This document shows, piece by piece, positions 12,217 through 24,879 of a DNA stretch of 64,000 bases. The translations under genes were made by a program, and so were the position numbers. The DNA is taken from assembly GCA_964035545.1 (NCBI GenBank), contig OZ037767.1, positions 6,526,707 to 6,590,706 on the forward strand, read 5' to 3'. This stretch comes from Bugula neritina. Lineage: Eukaryota > Animalia > Bryozoa. A model generated the notes under the pieces. It saw only the letters and a program-made list of their open reading frames with translations, was not told where the DNA came from and searched no databases. How positions within the stretch are numbered: the stretch's first letter is position 1; the number at the start of each line of letters is the position of its first letter.

Positions 12217-12899
12217 GATTAGCAACTGAAATGATCTTCCAGCTTTTGCTGCCTCCTGCTAAATAGTTATGTTATGTTATGAGAGCAGGGATTTATAAAT
12301 CTATGTAGTCTATTCTCCAGAGAGTGACCAAGTATAGTGTATGCATGTTGCTGCTAGCAAGCAATATAAGTAACAACCGTACTGCACTACCAACACATAA
12401 CTAATTTAGAACTGGCTGTAACTATATTTTAAATATTTCACAAACCTAGCTACAAAATAACCATAGCATTAAAAATTAAAAATACATTATAAATTGCATA
12501 ATTATTAAAGATGCAGTAGGTTTATTAATAGATAATTTTAACAGGTGTGTTGCACTAAGGAACACCAATTTAGAGTTTGAAATTCTTTTGTAACTCTTCT
12601 GGAACTAACAACTACAGAATTACCTAAACATTAAAAATTAAAACTATGAAAAATTTAATCAGCACTGTATTTTTGATTGCAGCAATCATTCTTCATTGCA
12701 GATAAAATTGTGCAAACACAATTGCAGTCTAAATCAAGTTATACAGTTATAAAGCATTGGACTTAAATAAATTTTTTTCAATACTAGATATCAACAGCTA
12801 CTATAGTAAAAAGCCTTTCTGTTAAAATCATCACCTTTTTGCAAGTTATGTAATTAAAAGATAAAAAATAATATTATATAATGATGTCATATTTCACTC

Positions 12900-12905
<6 letters not shown>

Positions 12906-12941
<36 letters not shown>
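12906..12941. repeat. (TA)n microsatellite
   Basis: Perfect TA dinucleotide run. Confidence 0.95.
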
Positions 12942-12943
<2 letters not shown>

Positions 12944-13849
12944 GCGTCTAACTGGGAAACTTCCAAGTGGGAAATTTAGCCTAGCATCTAACTGGGATGA
13001 CACCAAACTTCATCTCACTGCATGCTAGTCCAGTATCAGAATGTAGTATATCCACAGCCTCACAGTTTAAATCAAAGGTGTCCAACCTTTTCAGACCAAG
13101 GGCATATTTAAGTTTGTGAATTTTATCTGATATTTGTTGGTTGGGCTTTTTGTTTATTTTAAAGAAAGTTTTTAACAACCGGAATTAAAGGTAAAAGTTT
13201 TTTAGCTTGTTGAAATTGGAAACGGACTTTGCTTCCTATACGTAGATATACTTTAGCAATTATTGTTATGGTAAACTGATATTGAAACTTATGAATGCAT
13301 ATTAAAGACACATCTGCTATTCAAATTTCAAAAATATTATTCTATTTAACTACTCCGATATGCTTCAGTTGCTCGAGTTAACTACTACACATTTTAGCCC
13401 CAAATCATAGAGTAATGCGTAACATTTTACTTACTGTTGATTTATTAAGAATCACTCTCTTTGCCCACATGACATCACCTTTACTAAACATAGAGAAATC
13501 ACAGATCACATACATGGCTAGCTTTTGAAGTAGAAATAGTATCTTGAGTAGCAAAATATCACATCCAACTTATTCGTCTGCTGTGAAGTTTGTGACTTTA
13601 TGTCACGAGGTTATGATGTCCATTGTCAAGTTTACGGTGGAGCCATTGTTGCTTATATTGTTATAAAACAGCCATAATATAATAATTATGTTAGTTATTT
13701 ACGTTTTAATTTTTAGGTGATTGTGTAAGAGGATTATTGCATTCCAATTTAGCATAATTTGATATTTTGAAAGTCATGCATTTTCTGAACCCCCTCAATG
13801 TTTTACATCATGTGCAGTTATTTCTTTATGCTTTTCTCAAAATATAGCT

Positions 13850-14940
13850 TACCCATTATGTAAGTTATTTATTCATTATTTTAACATTGGAAAAGTGCCT
13901 GACCAATTAAGATCAGCAAAGATATTTCCATTGTTTAAAAGATCGGTTCTCTCAATGAATATGGAAACTATCGCCCTATATATCAATTTTGCCAGTTTTC
14001 AGCAAATAAAATCTTGGAAAAAATTGTCATCAACCAACAAATCTTACATTATTTGGAAACTACAAATATAATTTTTTTTCCAACCAATTTGAATTCAGAT
14101 GTGGTAGAGGTACATCAAATGCTGTTTTAATGTTCACCAATCACATTCTTGAATCTTTTGACAAAAGCGAATGTGTTCTTGGTATATTTATTGATCTTTG
14201 TAAAGCATTCAACACCATTGATCACATTATACTTAGTAAAAAATTAAAGCAATATAATTTCAGCGACTTAGCCATTCAGTAGATTCAAGATTATTTAACA
14301 AACAGAACCCAGATAACTAAAATAAATGAATCCTTTTCCAAAACTAGTACTATAACATGTGGTGTACCTCAAGGCTCCATGTCGGGTTCAACTCTATTTC
14401 TAGCATACATCATTGATCTTTTTCTCAATTTAAAATATCTAACTCCCATACTGTATGCAGATGACACAAATCTGTTTTTTAAATCTAGGAACCTCAATTA
14501 TGCATTTTCTGAAATCAGTTATGACTTAGTACAACTTAATAAATGGTGTCAAACAAATAAACTAACTATAAACTATGACAAAACCTGCTACATGAAATTT
14601 AAAAACCATCAAAATAAGTTTATTTTTGATCAAAGTCCAAGTTTAAATGATATGAATATTGAAGAGGTTGATGAGATAAAATTTCTTGGAGTAGTAATTG
14701 ATAAGCATTTAAGCACACATGCCAACAAATTGCTAAGAGGTCTTAAACCTGCAGCTGGTCTTTTTTATCGTTTAAGTAATTTTGTTCCTAAAAAAGTTTT
14801 AACATTGTTGTATTATTCATTCATACACTCTAAGTTATGCTACTCCATTGAATCCTGGGGAAATACATCTAGAGTTCATCTTCAAAGGTTGATTCAGTTT
14901 CAAAAGGAAATTGTAAAAGTAATTAATCGCAAACCTCACA
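13850..14940 (+). mobile_element. Decayed non-LTR retrotransposon (LINE, CR1/L2/Jockey-group-like) reverse transcriptase fragment
   Basis: RT motifs K-x-F-P-L-F-K, GNYRPI, FIDLCKAFNTIDH, CGVPQGS, LYADDT and IKFLGVVID are spread over several frames with frameshifts and stops. No endonuclease domain is visible. Confidence 0.9.
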
Positions 14941-16536
14941 TTATAAAGATACTAATTTTAAATATATTTTATTCATGTTTGCAGAGAGTTATGATTTTAT
15001 AGTTTGCCTTTTGTTAGGCGAGTGCTCACCAAGTGCATTTTTCTTCTTTAGAAACATTAACTTTTCATAATTCAACAGCTATTCTTTCATAGCTCTGCTG
15101 GGGCTAAAAACTGCAGAATCACCACAAGTTATAGCACCATTTTCAATTATAAGAATCAATTAAGCACCATACACATGTTCACTTGCTGATTGAAATACTG
15201 AAAGTTCTTTAAGGGCAGAAAACTCCTTCCTATTTCATTAATAATTGTTGATTTCCTTCAGACATGAATTGCTCTTCTGTGTTTCTGTATTCCATCTGAT
15301 TGACAGGGGCCAACTGCTTTTCTATATTAATTAATTTCGGTTTGAGAATATCTATTAGGTAAAGCCTAACAATTGTATATGATGACTAGTATAAATAACA
15401 ACATTGTTCCTTAAATTTACTTATTAATTTACAGCTAAATTGTTTTTATTGGCTAATCAATGGCTTTTTTTAATATTTTGACAAATTTGACTATGAAATT
15501 TCTTAGAAAGTTATAATTTTATACGCTATACTATTATAATGCATTACACCATTATAATTTTATTAATATAATTATTGCAGGATGGCTTCATTGGTAAGAA
15601 TAAACTCTATATATAATTGTTGTTCTTAACCATAGAGCTAGTGAACACTAATTGACATGATAATTAATCAAAGTTTACACTTTATGTCATCTACACATAA
15701 GTAGTATACGTACAACGTGCATGCACTAGCAAGTTGTGTAATACTAGGAAGTTATCATCTCCTTAATATTGCTGCTATAAGCAACTCCACCTTATACTCA
15801 TATTGTTAGTGTCTTTTTTAATTTCTTTTTTTCAGAAAGTATCAACACACAATGACACTTATTCTAGTTTTAGCTAATACAAAAATGTTTAATACCAAAG
15901 CAGAAGTCAGAGCACACTAGAGGAAGAATGTATCTTAGTTGAGTAATACAGTACTTCACTCCAGTGTCACTTTCATCTATAGTTAATTAAGTTAATATAT
16001 GTGTGGTTATTTTCGTTATTTAAAGCATCATTACACAATGCAACAAGGTGGTAGTTTACTCCTAGTTCACTATTATATCAAATTGAATATTCGGTGGCTC
16101 TGGTGATATTCTGAATAGTGTTGATTCAGTAAAATCTCCAAACATTTTTTACAAACAAGATACTTCTCAAATAATTTTATTGCTAGTGTTTTACTTAATT
16201 AAAATTTGCTAGACGTCAAATCTCATCAAATTTGCGTTTGACCCTTTAATTATTTATTACAACATTGCTTTGATACATTCTATAGACAAAACTGTGAAAA
16301 GAATTTAAATATTTATGGAACATTTTACAAATAAAAATAGTTTCACAATTTCAGAATAAAATAACTGCATATCCATATTGAAAGGTAGTATTGCTGCATT
16401 CTATTTGAATAAAAATGGTAATATTCTTTAATTGCAATACTCATAATAAACATGTTGAAAAAAGCATAAAATACAGCTCACAACAGCTGTTATATAGAGG
16501 CTACATATACTGTATAATCAAATGCTTTCCTTAAAT

Positions 16537-16745
16537 TTCTAACTGTTGTTAGCTAATAAAATACATTCTAACTTGCTATTGGCTATCACAACACATTTCT
16601 AAATCATTATTGGCTATAATTAAAATACATTTCTATCTTATTGGCTATTAAAACTCATTCTAACTTGTTATTGGCTATCACAATACATTTTAACTTGCTA
16701 TTGGGTATCACAGTACATTTAAAGCTGGCTATTAGTTATCGCAAC
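16537..16745. repeat. Imperfect ~29-30-bp minisatellite (about 7 units) overlapping the receptor stop codon and 3' UTR
   Basis: Recurrent unit taacttgctattggctatcacaa(t/c)acatt. Confidence 0.85.
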
Positions 16746-19700
16746 TTTTTCCAACAAGATTAAATTGTTCCTTCTGTGGGGAAGAAGCGGATAAATTAGT
16801 GGAATTTGTTGAGTTTACTAAAGAGTTGAATTTGAATCTCACTTTCCTTAAATTTTTCAAAGTCACCAGCTGAGCAATCACTACATTCACACCTTGTGAT
16901 GTCATAAAAATCTTTACAATTGTCCATAAAGCTTGCTGATGAGGTCCTTCTATTTCACTAAAGATTATGAGTATCCAATGAACACCGAATACTATTTGAA
17001 GTTTAATTACAGTTATTACTTTTCTCTGCAGTTCATTTTTTCTTTGACTTGTAATCTTGTTACCTTCTTTGATAATTTTATAGGTAGCAATAGCGCAAAA
17101 ACTTACATTAATCAAAATCAACAAATAGATAGGACCAGTAAAAACTAGGAGCCTAATCCAGCCAGTAGCTATGAAGCAGAGCGAGTCCCCGAATACAGGG
17201 TAGAGACCTCTGATTTCCAAACAATCAAAAATATAAGAGAATATGACCAATACGACAGGAGTAGCCCAAGCAAATGAAGCATATCGAAGGTAAGTTTTCC
17301 AACCACGATCTTGGGCGATAGAAAATGAAATGATACCTTTTAGGATCCAAAACCCAATGCTAGTTGTCCAAGTATGCGAGGAGAGAAAAAAGTAATGACT
17401 AAAGGTTGCGATAAATCGGCATGAATTCTTATTGCCAGTTTGATCAATTAAACAAAGAAATATCAGGCCACCTACAACTGTCAGAAGGGAGCTGATAACG
17501 AAATTACCAGTTACTGTTTTTTTAAGCTTCACAAAATAATATACTGTGTAGATTGTGGCAGCAGCAATAGAAAATGCTGTTATTATATAATCATGGATAC
17601 TCAGTGAAAAATCTGGCACCAATGCTGTACAGACCTGTATGTCCTCCCCAACCAACAAATAATCGTCATGTGTAAAATTGTCTGCTGGGCTGTAAAGCTG
17701 ACGGTTTTTGCAAATAAGTAATGGAGAAAGTGCTTGTTTGTCGACATTTGTATATTCAGCACATTTGTTTGAAGCTGCATGAAGTGGAGAAAATATAGCT
17801 TCAATAGATGAAAAAGTTGAATCTCCAATTGGATCTATTGGAATTACGAATTCAAAGCTTGTAGTATTATAGGAGATTGCAATTGAGTTAAGAAATACCG
17901 CCTGCTTTTCAAAAGGTATATTTCCTGTAGACGAAGATAGCGCACTAAAGGCTGAACTGGTCAAGCATGACGATGATGGAGGATCACTTTTACAACTCAA
18001 CAAAGCATTTGGAGCACAATGAATACTTGGAGCTATAAATGCTACACCTTTAAATCTTTCATATACAGGCTGACAATTCGCTAGATCTTCAAGCTGGCAC
18101 TCTAAGCAGGTACTTTCAGAGTTATTACTCACGGTGTAGTATAAGCTTGACGGGCAGATTTCTTTAGCGTAAGATGACATTTCATTGGATTCTGGTGAGA
18201 GTTGCTGATGATCACAGAAGTTTCCAGCAAATTTGATTGGCAAACATTCACCTGTCTGAATGTCAAGAACCGACTGACAATCACACTGCGAAAGTTGGGC
18301 ACTGATAGTTTCACACGTATCATGTCTCGAAAGAAAGTTGCGAGAGAGAAGAATTGAATCAGAATCTATATTACATGTACGGTTGTTTAAATCTATTTGA
18401 TAGACAACTAGGAATTTGCTCACACTAAATGTATAATTTACAACTGTGCTAATATCTTCCTGTTTATGCACTAGTTGAAGACTTGGTTTGGGGTTGCAGC
18501 CAAGCCAAGCAGCACCGTGGCAACTAGCACAGTAGCTGTTGCGAAACTTCCTTTTCTGCCCGTAAATTTTAAAATCAACATCGTAATTAGGGGAAATAAC
18601 TTGTATGAATATATGTAGCATTCTTTCAATAGACTTCTTCAGGCTGCTTCCTTCATAAACAAAGGATGTGGGAGAATCAGAGCACAGCTGAGAGATCTTC
18701 CAGTTCTGGGTTGATTTGGGACATGTTGAAATATACTCAGAAGAATCAATTCGACATCTACGAACTTCAGCAAACCCATCTGGAGGTAAATACTGCTTTA
18801 CATAACAGCTACAAACAAAATTAAAATGCCAATAGTTACGTGCCTAAAGATTTATATCTTCTAGTGAAATAAAAGCTATATAAAACCCACATGTGGGTTT
18901 ATATAGTTGTTATTTTTGTGCGACCTCCTGGTAGAAAGGGCCGTTTTATGCAGGCTATTGAGGTAAAGGAGCAATTATGGCAATTCCCTTCTAATCATCA
19001 TACCAAATAGCCTTTCTCAGGGATTGAAGCACTGGCCTAGTGTTTATACTAAGCCAGTACTCTAACCCCTGAATCATGGCTGCTCTCCAAAAGCTATATA
19101 TTCTTTACATAGTTGCTTTAACAAAAATAATACAGATCTGAAAATACCTGGCTATATCAAGTTGCTCAATAGTTGGATCATTTCTAAGCGTGTCAATCAG
19201 ATTGTAAAACTCATCATCCAAATTTATATTTAGTGGCAATCTACATTCATCGTTGGCTACTTGTATGCACCCAACATCTACTCTCCAGAATCTGAAGTTG
19301 GTGACGTCATGGCACATAGCACAGTACAAATTAGCATACCTAAAAACAGATTTGCTAAAGCTCTTACTGCATGGATGATGAAAATATTAGAAAAAGCTGT
19401 TCCCTAAAACATTATAACACTATATTAGTCTATCGGACCAGATTTTAGCTCATTGAAGCCTTTTATCAATGATTTGTACAGCTTTAAAAAAAATCAAGTT
19501 TAAAAAGGCGTAAATATGTATATTATTATACAATTTTACAAAATTGAGATTCAAAGTTGTCATGTTAAATTATTTTTCCGCAATACGTTCAAAATATAAA
19601 TGACCTGTGACTACATAATAGCATCAAAACTTCTTTCTCAACACGCAACGTAAAAGCTAACTAATATGTTATAGGTTGAAGCTCTTTGTAATTTTTGTTT

Positions 19701-22700
19701 GATATGCAATTGCATTAAATATTGATCCTTTTCCAGTAAAATCTGGATCAGTGACAAAAAGTGAGCTGCATGCTTACTGCTGGGAAAAGCCAAAGCATGG
19801 CAATAACATTACATCCCTATGAGCCTCCTACCATGAACAATATCAACAGCAGTATTGGTGTAATCTTGCTGCTTTACAACTAGTGAAAAATTCTAGTTTT
19901 TCATAAGACTTGTTGGTTGTTGGTAGGGCATAAAGCCCTGCAGGCATTTCTGTGGCAATAGTGTCAACATTTTCTATTTCTTTTTATCAAACCATTAACT
20001 ATTTTAGTTTGTTGTATATAGCCACTAACCATTTGTGTTGCAAGATGGTTAAATCATAATTGTTCTAGGTTTATGACTTCCATGTAACAGTACATACGCT
20101 ATAATACTAAGATTTTTAAAGAGACCACAACTTCAGAATTCAACTTTCTGCAGCTCCAATTAAACCTAGCGTGCTTTTATTTCTCCCCAATCAGTTTCTA
20201 TGGCTAAGAACATGCTACATATCATGTTAGGCGCTTGCTAGTAATACTTATGCCCGCATACAAAATGCAAGTTTCCATTCTAATAAGCTTAATAAAACTA
20301 GCTAACATTACACTTACAAAGCTGAATTGTTTTATTGTATTGCATCAATGTTAAGGTCAAAATAAGTACCCTGATGCTGCCAGAGAAGCAATATTAGAGC
20401 CTTTCAGACAACAGCATGTATTATCTAGTACCTTTAGTGAGCAGATCATTGGATACTATAACTACAAAAGTAACTTTCGGGCCTTTTATACATTATATAC
20501 ACTTAGCAAATATTACAGTTATATAACTTATTCTAGGTTCTTTTTTATCAGCAAACAACAAAATACGTGTAGATATACTAGAATATAACATTATATATGC
20601 ACAAACATAGCTACAGAGGTGACACACGAGTACAATCTGTATACAACTCACCTCAGACCAGTTTGTATGTCTGTCACCGGTACACTTGCTGTGTTGTGTC
20701 GATACCATGCTGGGAAGAAGGAAGGAGGCGTATGGAGGTTAGACTTGCAAAGATTTTCTATAGTTAAATTTGTATAGTCTTTGGGACAACCTCTGACTTC
20801 CATAACGCCCCATTCATAACCATCAAGGGTTGCTCCTTTTGCTAGATCCGACCTGTCATGAATGCACGCAAAGACTCCATGGTCAAGAGTTGAGTTGACC
20901 GTAGCCTGGTATGGAGAATCTTCACAGCAATCGTTGTAGTAAATACAAAACTTGTCACAGAAACAGTTGAGATGTTCTTCTGCAATTAGCCCTAGTTCTG
21001 CTGCCCTGCACTGACTGCGATATGCACAAGTTGAATGCGAATGCCATTGTAAATCATTCTCTTCGAATGCATTATGGGAACTCAAGCTATTCAATTCTAT
21101 GCATTTCCGTGTCCGTGGATCAAGAATATGGTCAAGACCACATCCTAGCTCTGTACATGTGTTTTCAAAATAATCTACACGCTGCACTATAAATTGATCA
21201 CAAATCTTTCTATTCATGCTATAGCATGACATTGATCCAAGATTCCAAACTGGGATAAACTGAGTTTGAGATTGTGCTAAGTCAGAAGCCATTAATAAGA
21301 TTCTTTCTTGGCAAAAGTTAAAGTAAGAATCAGCAAAAAATGAGCATGTAAAGTTAGCTCCAAGACTATTGAAGTCCGTGAAAGAAAATGTGGTATTAGG
21401 CATATTAAACAGTATAGGTCTGGTAATAACAATAGCTTCATTTAGAGAAATTGTTTTACTGTCAAATCGTCTTAGTTTTTTGCCTTTCCAATATAAAAGA
21501 AGAGAGGTCTCTGTATTATCCAGCATGCTAGGGTGTACTATATCATCTACACTTACACCATGGCATAAGGCACAAAATTGATTTCGGTATATGTGATTGG
21601 TTGACAAAACTTGTATGTAATTGGCAATCCCTTGTTCACAAAGAATTGTAATCTCACCATCCGCAGAGCTGGGACATTCTCTGATTGCATCAAAACAAAG
21701 GTCTGGAGAGTTTGGTGGCTGGTAGAGAACCTGGCAGGAGCTAAAATATAATTTGGTAGATGGTAGTGCTTTTTGAAGTCACAAATAGAAATCTGAAAAA
21801 TATTTGCAACTCATACTTAAAGATCACTATCTTCTGCTTATATTTTTTGCTTCACACGTGAAATAAAAAATATACAAGTTTAGCTTTCCTCTTCAAACCA
21901 AATTTTATGATAACTAAACAATCTTATATCCACTAACTGTTGGTCATTAAATAAAAGTGCTTTTAAAACAATTGAAAACACTTTTTTGAAATGCCTTAAA
22001 GCCAGTAGCAGCTATATAACAGATATATTAGATTACAAATTTTTGTAGCTAGCATAATATTATGTTCATAGCAAGGGAGAAAGAAATAATCATAATGAAA
22101 TTCATCACAACTGGAGGCACTTATGAATCATAAGCATTCATGTTTACCTTTCTATTAATTCCATCAATTTACTATGAGTTGGGAAGTTTTCTATGTAGTC
22201 GGTTGTACTTTCAGCGTCACAGTGTACCTGAGCAGGCCACCACTCTACCTTATTTACAGACTCATTTACCCGTTGCCTAAGGCCTTCGCCAATATTCCAC
22301 CAAACATTTTGCAGGTCAAAGGTCGTTTGAGGCAGAATCCCGTTGCACATGGCACAGTAAATGTTCTTATAACTCAACTCGTTTAGCACACCTCTCACTG
22401 GCCACCTCTCCAAGGATAGATCTGAAAGTAGCTCAAACTATAAGTGAATCAAAGTTTCTATATATTACACATATTTGTTTGCAGTGTATACAAGTGCTTT
22501 AAGTATGGGAGAACTGGTTGCTTTTAACTATTTTAAAGTTCATTTATACCTATCCTAAATTCAATCAAAAAATTAATTAGGCTAAGGGGGACAAGTTGAC
22601 TTTTAGACTAAAGCAATTTGATTTGAACTCAATTTGATTTCATCCAGTTTTTAACTAGTTGTTTTCATTCAAACATTCAAACATTTTTAAAACAGATGAG

Positions 22701-23994
22701 TTAGCCACTGTTCTTTAAAAACTTGATTTGAAATTGTTGGTAAAATAAGTTGTCTAAAGTTTCAGTAGTTGCAGATCTAAATCTAAATGACTTATTCTGC
22801 TAAGATACTTAATAACCCCCCTACTCAACCTGAGGTAAAAGTATTATAATTTTATAATAAAATTAATCAAAGTTATCTTTTTTATTAATTTAATAAATTA
22901 TACAGTATGCACATAAGCAAACTGCATTATGAAACTAAACTATATTCGCTATTGAAATTCAATAAATGTACCTTGACTTATGGCTTTTGCAAAACCTAGT
23001 GGTATCTCATTTAACTTTTCATGTTTACAGTGGATACAGGCATTATAAACTTACAATTTTTCTGGTCAGAATCAAAATAAGTATAGCATTTCATGAAAGC
23101 AAGTCATATGCATTTAAAGTGAACTTATGAATCAAAACTCTAAACTAAAGCTAGAATGCTTTTGAAAAGTATTTACATAAATTATTTGCTCTTATAATAC
23201 ACACACATGCACATGTTATAAAGACGTTAAACCGGTTAAAATCCTTTTTTTAAATAAATACACTGCTAATTAATATAGTTAATGAATCTTTAAAGCAACA
23301 TTCACTGTTCCTTGAGTAATTAATTTACCGCAGCAAAATATTGTCAAATACTGTCAATTATAAAAGTAGTGGAATTAAGTGCTGAATTTATGCTGGAAAT
23401 GTATCTAGAGAGAAAAATGTTAAAGAACAGTTGATAATTATTGTCATTTACCTTGATTAAAAAGCTATCATGTAGTTTTAGGCTTTTTACAAATTAATTT
23501 ACCTTTACATAGCTTTTATAATAATTAAACAGTAGGCTACATTGTTTTACATTAACAATGTTAAAAGCAACTTATTTATCAACACTATTGTAGTTACCCG
23601 AATCATTGGGTGTGAATCTTTCACACAAGTCTTTTAAAGTGCTGTTAGTGCCAGCTGGGCAATGATCTACTATATAGAATCCATCATGACAAGAGAAGGT
23701 ACCCTTAGCGAGCTGCTCCATTGGTCTAGCGCTTGTCATAGCACAGCAGTCACTGTAAAACTTGCATCTGTCAAAATCTAGAATGTCATAGTCAAAGCAA
23801 AGTCCTTCAACAAACTCCACTTTCTGTATCTGATCAGCAGGTAATCCTGATAGTAGTCCTAGATACACGTGAGTAGGTATGTCATTAAACTCCATGTACC
23901 TGAGTAAGACACCTGTTGAGTCACCTTTGATTAGTTGTCTCGGGCAGAAGAGTACGCAGAGTAGCAAAGATAATGCTGAGTTCAGAAAAACCAT
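16732..23994 (-). CDS. Class B (secretin/adhesion/Methuselah-like) 7TM GPCR with large somatomedin-B/Cys-rich ectodomain, about 1342 aa
   Basis: Exons 23994-23598, 22421-22148, 21740-20652, 19339-19148 and 18808-16732 (4029 nt, phases match). Signal peptide; SMB motif CFCDKFCIYYNDCC; four Y/F-x-N-x-Y/F-C-A-x-C modules. Seven hydrophobic helices carry family-B signatures (C..IA..HYFFL...W, AW.TP, CFI, F.GP...N, G.HW, SQG). Confidence 0.88.
18880..19085 (-). mobile_element. tRNA-derived SINE copy in GPCR intron 4
   Basis: The minus strand reads gcagccatgattcaggggttagag...cttcaatccc (A/B-box-like), then ttctaccaggaggtcgcac...tataaacccacatgtggg, similar to 3941-4110. Confidence 0.55.
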
Positions 23995-24793
23995 TTTTGT
24001 AATCGATATGTTAGCTATTTGTAGTGATGTACCAACTAACTGAAGTCAACTGTGACAAGTGAGCTGAGGAATTGATGGTGAATCCACTAAAATTTCAGGT
24101 AAGCTAGCCACTACGTGTTAAAATGATATCATATTCTAACCCAACATTACAAGGGTACCACTATAATGTGTATTGTGTGAGACAGCTAGACGAATATGAA
24201 TTGTTACAGTTTTTATGACATGCGTCATGCAGTCCATCCAAGCACATGTAGTTAATTAAGGTCAAGATTGATGGTATATAATTGTTGATCGTTTATTGTT
24301 TGATTTAGCGGAGTTGTGATCACTTGTATACATTCAGTTGTAGCAACAACTTATTACATCACTTCCAAATGCAATAAAGGTTTTCAGAAGCCATTTTTTT
24401 TCCATCATGTTACAGAGTTTATTTGCATTGAATAGAAAGTGATACAATGGAATTTTTGTAGTGCGTAGTGTGTTCAGTAAAGAATTGATATAATAATAAA
24501 ATATTACTGTCTATAATCTCTATACATATTTTTATACTGTGACATTAGAACATAGCTAGTAATTTATTTAGATATTAACAATATATTTTTAAGATGTATC
24601 AACAGATTGTGCTGAACCCTTGTCCAGCTGAGTGATGAGAACCCCCCTCGCCCTGCCTTATCCTTATATATACCCGAACAGCATTGTATTATAGTTTCAA
24701 AGTTACAAACAATGATATTCGATCTTCAGATGATGTCAGTTAACAGTGAACAAGATATGGCAGTAAAGAAGCTGTACAAAACAGTCATAAAGT

Positions 24794-24795
24794 TA

Positions 24796-24875
<80 letters not shown>
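24794..24875. repeat. (TA)n microsatellite
   Basis: About 80-bp TA run with one interruption. Confidence 0.95.

Positions 24876-24879
<4 letters not shown>

Noticed and set aside
14379-15002. 207-aa ORF as a host gene or active reverse transcriptase
   Set aside because: It is the open tail of a frameshifted, 5'-truncated LINE RT.
24620-24795. Possible Penelope-like element end or hammerhead before the TA run
   Set aside because: The core motifs are too degenerate (cagatga, no GAAA) and no RT/GIY-YIG sequence lies nearby.
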